DNA of 64,000 nucleotides from Escherichia coli (GTDB lineage Bacteria; Pseudomonadota; Gammaproteobacteria; Enterobacterales; Enterobacteriaceae): NCBI RefSeq assembly GCF_030384885.1, contig NZ_CP128613.1; one strand, 5' to 3'. Shown piece by piece: positions 59,393 to 64,000 of this stretch (position 1 is its first letter; each line of letters starts with the position of its first letter). The notes under the pieces were generated by a model. It saw only the letters and a program-made list of their open reading frames with translations, ran no database searches and was not told where the DNA came from. The position numbers and the translations under genes were made by a program.

Positions 59393-59426
59393 ATATAAAA
59401 AATCCCCGGCTTTTTGGGCCAGGGAT
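59393..59426 (-). terminator. Rho-independent terminator downstream of yqiK
   Basis: Minus-strand transcript folds as AUCCCUGGC-CCAAAAA-GCCGGGGAU (9-bp stem with one G-U) followed by UUUUUUAUAUC. Confidence 0.55.
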
Positions 59427-59443
59427 TATTCATAGAAGAGGGT

Positions 59444-61105
59444 TTATTCTGTTTTTTCTTCGACGGGAGTTGTTGAGGTTAAGGGGGAAGTCAATGCCGC
59501 CAGTGAGCCGCCTGAAACACCAATTTCATTGAGCAAGGAGTCAATCAGCGGTGCCTGTGTGCGGTAAGAAAGGGCGGCAGACAATGCCTGTTCTGCCAGG
59601 TTTCCGCCACTAACGCTGCCTGATGCCGCATCCCCCGCAGCACCACCTCGGTTTAATCCATCGACCTGAATAATCTTGATGCCGTCAATGGACTTCATCG
59701 GCTCAACGGATTTCTCTATTACTGCAGGTAACGACTGTAATAGCGCCAGTTTGAATTTAAGGCTGGTTTGCTCGTCAGAAAGTACGTTGATAGCGTCGTT
59801 CAGCGCACGTTGCGCTTCTGCTTCCGCCAGGCCTTTTTTGCGTGTTGCTTCGGCTAACTCAACGATCGCCGCCGCCTGCATCTCTGCGGCTTCTTTCTCT
59901 GCTTTCGCCCGCACGGTCAGTTCAACCGCTTTGGTTTCTGCATCCTGCGCGGCAGCGATTAGGGCAACTTGTTTAGCACGATCGGCTTCTGCGGTCTGGC
60001 GAGTGGTTTCTACGTTTTGCTGGGCGCTTACCGCTTCTGCAAGTGCAAGGTTGGCACGCGCTTCCGCTTGTGACTGCTGTTCCGATTTGGCGGCAATAGC
60101 GATCGATTTCGTCTGGTTGGCGATTTCGGTGACCTGCTGCTGTTCAATCTCTTTAATGCGAACTTCACGTTCAGCTTCAACTTTTCTGGAACGGACGGCC
60201 TGTTCGCGGTCGATTTCCGTTTCCTGAATCTGTCGTTCAGCCAGAATTCGCGTCTGCTCTGCTTCCCGACGACGCTCGGCCTCAAAAGCCGCAATTTTCG
60301 CATTCTGCTCAGCGGTACGGGTTTTAACCTGCTGCTCCTGCTCAAGCGTCATAAACGCTTCTTGCTGTTCAATCTCCAGCTTCCGCGAAAGCGCATCACG
60401 GTTTTTCTCACGCACCGCAACTTCTACATCCTGTTCAACTTCGTTACGTTCGCGACGACGGCGCTCCGTCTCCTGCGTCAGCTTGGTTAAACCTTCGGCG
60501 TCAAAGGCGTTGTTAGGATTGAAATGTTCTTTCGACGTCTGGTTAAAGTTGGTAAGTGAAACGCTTTCCAGTTCCAGGCCGTTTTTCGACAGATCTTCAG
60601 CAACGGTATTTTGTACGCCCTGCACGAAGTTCTCGCGGGTATCCTGTAACTCATGCATGGTCATTTGTGCAGCTGTTGCACGGAGGGCATCGACAAATTT
60701 ATCTTCAACCAACATACGTAAGTCTTCAGGCGACAGGGTGCGTTGCCCCAGCGTCTGGGCGGCGGTGGCAATACCTTCCACTGACGGTTTTACCCGCACA
60801 AAGAAAGCGACCACGACATCGACGCGCATACGATCTTTCGTAATCAGGCTATCAATGGTTGAGCGGCTGACTTCCAGTTTCAGGGTATTCATATTGATGG
60901 GAATTATTTCATGGAAGATTGGCATCACGATTGCGCCACCGCTCATCACCACTTTTTGACCACCTAAACCAGTACGAACAAATGCTTGCTCTGCCGAAGC
61001 GCGACGATAGAGCCTGGCGAAAATAATCCCAATAATAAACAGAACGCATACGGCAATAATTGCGGTAAACATCCAGGAGGGCATAGAATTAACAATATCA
61101 TCCAT
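59444..61105 (-). CDS. yqiK: Flotillin-like SPFH/band-7 protein YqiK (553 aa)
   Basis: ORF track 553 aa MDDIVNSMPSWMFTAIIAVCVLFIIGIIFARLYRRASAEQAFVRTGLGGQKVVMSGGAIV...; long coiled-coil region. Confidence 0.9.
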   Translation of the reverse strand: MDDIVNSMPSWMFTAIIAVCVLFIIGIIFARLYRRASAEQAFVRTGLGGQKVVMSGGAIVMPIFHEIIPINMNTLKLEVSRSTIDSLITKDRMRVDVVVAFFVRVKPSVEGIATAAQTLGQRTLSPEDLRMLVEDKFVDALRATAAQMTMHELQDTRENFVQGVQNTVAEDLSKNGLELESVSLTNFNQTSKEHFNPNNAFDAEGLTKLTQETERRRRERNEVEQDVEVAVREKNRDALSRKLEIEQQEAFMTLEQEQQVKTRTAEQNAKIAAFEAERRREAEQTRILAERQIQETEIDREQAVRSRKVEAEREVRIKEIEQQQVTEIANQTKSIAIAAKSEQQSQAEARANLALAEAVSAQQNVETTRQTAEADRAKQVALIAAAQDAETKAVELTVRAKAEKEAAEMQAAAIVELAEATRKKGLAEAEAQRALNDAINVLSDEQTSLKFKLALLQSLPAVIEKSVEPMKSIDGIKIIQVDGLNRGGAAGDAASGSVSGGNLAEQALSAALSYRTQAPLIDSLLNEIGVSGGSLAALTSPLTSTTPVEEKTE

Positions 61106-61131
61106 TATTAAATTTCCTTTTGATTAATAAA

Positions 61132-61761
61132 TTACAGTATTTGGGGCCAGGGATTTTTTTCCGCCAAATATCGCGTTGCAGAAAGTCGGCAAATAATTAA
61201 TACTTTGTCTCCTTTAGTGAAAGTTTTTTCTTCTTCAGGTTCCAGTAGTAAATAATGTATTTGGCCAAATTGATCGGTGAGTTTTCCTTCACAGGGGTTA
61301 CCTGAAGTGGCCTGATGTCCGGTAATTAATGCCATGCAGCCAATATAATCGTCTTCTGTAATAGCAGTGCTATGATCTCGTGGTAACCAGGGCGCAATTA
61401 CTTTACCGGTATAATGCACTGCAATAATCGTTAGCAGTAAACTGACAGGAACCACAAACAGATTTGTGAGTGGTGATTGCCAGACCATGATGCAGACCTG
61501 CTGTAGCAGGATGCCAATAAGGCCAAAAAAACCAGCATGTAAGCAGAGAACGACGAGAGCTGGCAATCTTCCAAAATTGAGATAATGAAGTGCCTGGCTA
61601 ATATGGCCTGTGGTTATGGAATCATAATGGTCAAGATGTGCATCAAGAGCACCGGAAAGCATGTGACCGCAGATAAGTGCAAAAATTTCTAAAAGGCCGA
61701 TCAAAAGTACAAAAGAAATAGCGAAAAGATAAGGGGTGTTATAGTCAGCGAATAAAATCAT
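61132..61761 (-). CDS. yqiJ: Inner membrane protein YqiJ (209 aa)
   Basis: ORF track 209 aa [37 protein letters not shown]...; upstream of yqiK. Confidence 0.85.
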   Translation of the reverse strand: MILFADYNTPYLFAISFVLLIGLLEIFALICGHMLSGALDAHLDHYDSITTGHISQALHYLNFGRLPALVVLCLHAGFFGLIGILLQQVCIMVWQSPLTNLFVVPVSLLLTIIAVHYTGKVIAPWLPRDHSTAITEDDYIGCMALITGHQATSGNPCEGKLTDQFGQIHYLLLEPEEEKTFTKGDKVLIICRLSATRYLAEKNPWPQIL

Positions 61762-62029
61762 ATGTCACTCCAATGTCCATTTAGTGACGCAATATTTATT
61801 TTGCGATAATTTCCTTGCTTACATTTATCTTTGTTAATAATAACACATGTTAGAGAAGTTCTGGAAGAGAAAGTCTTTTAATATGGTTTTTTATTTTTCA
61901 CTAAAAAGTGTGATCGGGGACAATATATTTACGCACGTTATGTTTAAAGGCACTACACTGATTGGGGAATACTGAAATCAGAAAAAGCATATGGCCTTAA
62001 AAGGTATGCGATAACCGGAGGATGTGCTT

Positions 62030-62230
62030 ATGGATCATAGTCTTAATTCTTTAAATAATTTCGATTTCCTGGCGCGTAGTTTTGCCAGAATGCACGCAGA
62101 AGGTCGCCCGGTCGATATTCTGGCCGTTACTGGTAACATGGATGAAGAACATAGAACCTGGTTTTGCGCACGTTATGCCTGGTATTGCCAACAAATGATG
62201 CAAACCAGAGAACTTGAATTAGAACACTGA
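62030..62230 (+). CDS. glgS: GlgS (66 aa)
   Basis: ORF 62024..62230; [66 protein letters not shown]. Confidence 0.9.
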
Positions 62231-62236
62231 TATTAC

Positions 62237-62257
62237 GGGCCGTCTGGCCCGTTTTTG
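62237..62257. terminator. Bidirectional terminator between convergent glgS and ubiK
   Basis: gggcc-gtct-ggccc hairpin followed by gttttt; the whole glgS-ubiK gap is only 34 bp. Confidence 0.6.
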
Positions 62258-62264
62258 TGTTGCT

Positions 62265-62564
62265 TTATTCTGCTTTATCAACCGGCGGGATAGCTGGAGG
62301 AGATTGAAGTTCTGCTACCGGATTATTGCGCGCTTCCAGTTCGCTGATGCGTTGTTCCAGTAACGCCAGTTTTTCACGAGTCCGTAACAGGACTTGCGTC
62401 TGAACGTCGAATTCTTCGCGGCTTACCAGATCGAGACGCGTCAACTGCGCTTGTAGGGTTTGGCGGATTTTTTTCTCCACATCTTCCCCGAACTCCCTGA
62501 TTCCTTTAGGCATTGATTCGTGAACCTGGCGAGCGATTTGCTCAATTTTTTTCGGGTCAATCAT
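62265..62564 (-). CDS. ubiK: Ubiquinone biosynthesis accessory factor UbiK (YqiC)
   Basis: ORF 62265..62600; start at [77 protein letters not shown]... (ATG 62562..62564). Confidence 0.85.
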   Translation of the reverse strand: MIDPKKIEQIARQVHESMPKGIREFGEDVEKKIRQTLQAQLTRLDLVSREEFDVQTQVLLRTREKLALLEQRISELEARNNPVAELQSPPAIPPVDKAE

Positions 62565-62687
62565 TGTAGTTTCCCTGTACTGATAGGTGTTGAGTTCCAT
62601 TGTAGTGCGATAAGGTTAAGTCATAAACCAGAATAATGTGAAGCTATGCGTTGCTGCCGCTAATCATTAGCGTTATAGTGAATCCGC

Positions 62688-62885
62688 TTATTCTCAGGGC
62701 GGGGCGAAATTCCCCACCGGCGGTAAATCAACTCAGTTGAAAGCCCGCGAGCGCTTTGGGTGCGAACTCAAAGGACAGCAGATCCGGTGTAATTCCGGGG
62801 CCGACGGTTAGAGTCCGGATGGGAGAGAGTAACGATTCTGTCGGGCATGGACCCGCTCACGTTATTTTGGCTATATGCCGCCACT
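62688..62885 (+). promoter_or_regulatory. FMN riboswitch (RFN element) in the ribB leader
   Basis: Conserved RFN segments AGGGCGGGGCGAAATTCCCCACCGGCGGTAAA, AGCCCGCGAGCGCTT, GGACAGCAGATCCGGTGTAATTCCGGGGCCGACGGTTAGAGTCCGGATGGGAGAGAG directly upstream of ribB. Confidence 0.85.
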
Positions 62886-62937
62886 CCTAAGACTGCCCTG
62901 ATTCTGGTAACCATAATTTTAGTGAGGTTTTTTTACC

Positions 62938-63591
62938 ATGAATCAGACGCTACTTTCCTCTTTTGGTACGCCTTTCGAACGTGTTGAAAATGCACTGGCT
63001 GCGCTGCGTGAAGGACGCGGTGTAATGGTGCTTGATGATGAAGACCGTGAAAACGAAGGCGATATGATCTTCCCGGCAGAAACCATGACCGTTGAGCAGA
63101 TGGCGCTGACCATTCGCCACGGTAGCGGTATTGTTTGCCTGTGCATTACTGAAGATCGCCGTAAACAACTCGATCTGCCAATGATGGTAGAAAATAACAC
63201 CAGCGCCTATGGCACCGGTTTTACCGTGACCATTGAAGCGGCTGAAGGTGTGACTACCGGTGTTTCTGCCGCTGATCGTATTACGACCGTTCGCGCAGCG
63301 ATTGCCGATGGCGCAAAACCTTCTGATCTGAATCGTCCTGGCCACGTTTTCCCACTGCGCGCGCAGTCAGGTGGTGTGCTGACGCGTGGCGGCCATACTG
63401 AAGCGACTATTGATCTGATGACGCTGGCAGGCTTTAAACCAGCTGGTGTGTTGTGTGAGCTGACTAATGACGATGGCACGATGGCGCGTGCACCAGAGTG
63501 CATTGAGTTTGCCAATAAACACAATATGGCGCTCGTGACTATTGAAGACCTGGTGGCATACCGTCAGGCACATGAGCGTAAAGCTAGTTAA
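62938..63591 (+). CDS. ribB: 3,4-dihydroxy-2-butanone-4-phosphate synthase RibB (217 aa)
   Basis: ORF track 217 aa [76 protein letters not shown]... Confidence 0.95.
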   Translation: MNQTLLSSFGTPFERVENALAALREGRGVMVLDDEDRENEGDMIFPAETMTVEQMALTIRHGSGIVCLCITEDRRKQLDLPMMVENNTSAYGTGFTVTIEAAEGVTTGVSAADRITTVRAAIADGAKPSDLNRPGHVFPLRAQSGGVLTRGGHTEATIDLMTLAGFKPAGVLCELTNDDGTMARAPECIEFANKHNMALVTIEDLVAYRQAHERKAS

Positions 63592-63616
63592 TAACTCAAA
63601 ATATTGAAGATGAAAA

Positions 63617-63641
63617 CGCCGGGATATTCCCGGCATTTTTC
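63617..63641. terminator. Rho-independent terminator after ribB (probably bidirectional)
   Basis: cgccggg-atat-tcccggc hairpin followed by atttttct. Confidence 0.65.
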
Positions 63642-63644
63642 TGG

Positions 63645-64000
63645 TTAGTTGTAGTTGATTTTAACGATCAGGTCTTTCTGGAACGGACCATAGACCAGAG
63701 AGTCACCTGGTTTTTGGCTTAATTCGGCATGATAATTGCGGGTTGCTATTGCTGCACTTTGTCCGGGAATATAAGCGCTAAAAAATTTGAATTGGTTAAA
63801 TTCAATATCTTCTTGCGTTTTTTGATCGGTAATTCGCATGAGCAACCCGTTACCCATTTCCAGATGCGTGTTATCATATAATGTATCCGAAGTAAAGAAA
63901 TTGGTGGCAATGTCAAATTTTTCAGTACAATTGGCTGCCACATCTCTTATAGTAGAAACGCTGAATGCCGCTTTAGGTGCGAATGTTGAAATGGAATTCA
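63645..64000 (-). CDS. Hypothetical protein, C-terminal part (ORF stays open to the window edge), AT-rich
   Basis: Minus-strand frame ending ...YGPFQKDLIVKINYN* has no stop between 63942 and 63998 (hand-checked); no match to a protein I recognise. Confidence 0.5.
   Translation of the reverse strand, partial: NSISTFAPKAAFSVSTIRDVAANCTEKFDIATNFFTSDTLYDNTHLEMGNGLLMRITDQKTQEDIEFNQFKFFSAYIPGQSAAIATRNYHAELSQKPGDSLVYGPFQKDLIVKINYN

Larger units (their letters stand above)
58692..59426. repeat. Tandem direct repeat: two ~358-bp Sib/Ibs units separated by a 19-bp spacer
   Basis: 58692..59049 and 59069..59426 are near-identical (ttgacgctg...ttttttcaacctaaagtaaaggaacaagggtaagggagg...gggccagggat) with scattered substitutions. 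Confidence 0.85.

Noticed and set aside
61139-61160. gggccagggattttttt motif resembling the terminator-like end of the Sib/Ibs repeat
   Set aside because: It lies inside the yqiJ coding sequence near its 3' end; probably coincidental similarity rather than a third Sib/Ibs unit, as no Ibs-like peptide ORF is adjacent.

Overview
This window is a contiguous Escherichia coli chromosomal segment running from yqjG to ribB, in the opposite orientation to the K-12 map. Most of it is recognisable core genes: the yqj cluster, exuR-exuT/uxaCA, sstT, alx, ygjR/Q/P, rlmG, fadH, ygjK/J/I, ebgRAC, patA, aer, yqjI/yqjH, an ileX-type tRNA, mug, rpoD-dnaG-rpsU, tsaD, ttdTBA/ttdR, plsY, folB, uppP, cca, ygiM, ygiF-glnE-hldE, yqiK/yqiJ, glgS, ubiK and ribB. 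All identifications rest on reading the ORF-track translations against remembered protein sequences; no database search was possible. The strongest candidate for something new is an AT-rich, membrane-anchored 265-aa ORF (17101..17898) that sits exactly where the HigB toxin gene would be expected, directly upstream of a HigA-type HTH antitoxin. Other non-core content: an IS200/IS605-family element with divergent tnpA and tnpB between ygiM and ygiF; two tandem Sib/Ibs type I toxin-antitoxin units between hldE and yqiK; a frameshift splitting ygjP; glgS and ubiK abutting with no fimbrial operon between them; and an unrecognised AT-rich ORF running off the window end after ribB. Several REP/BIME arrays, an alx-leader riboswitch and the ribB FMN riboswitch are also present.
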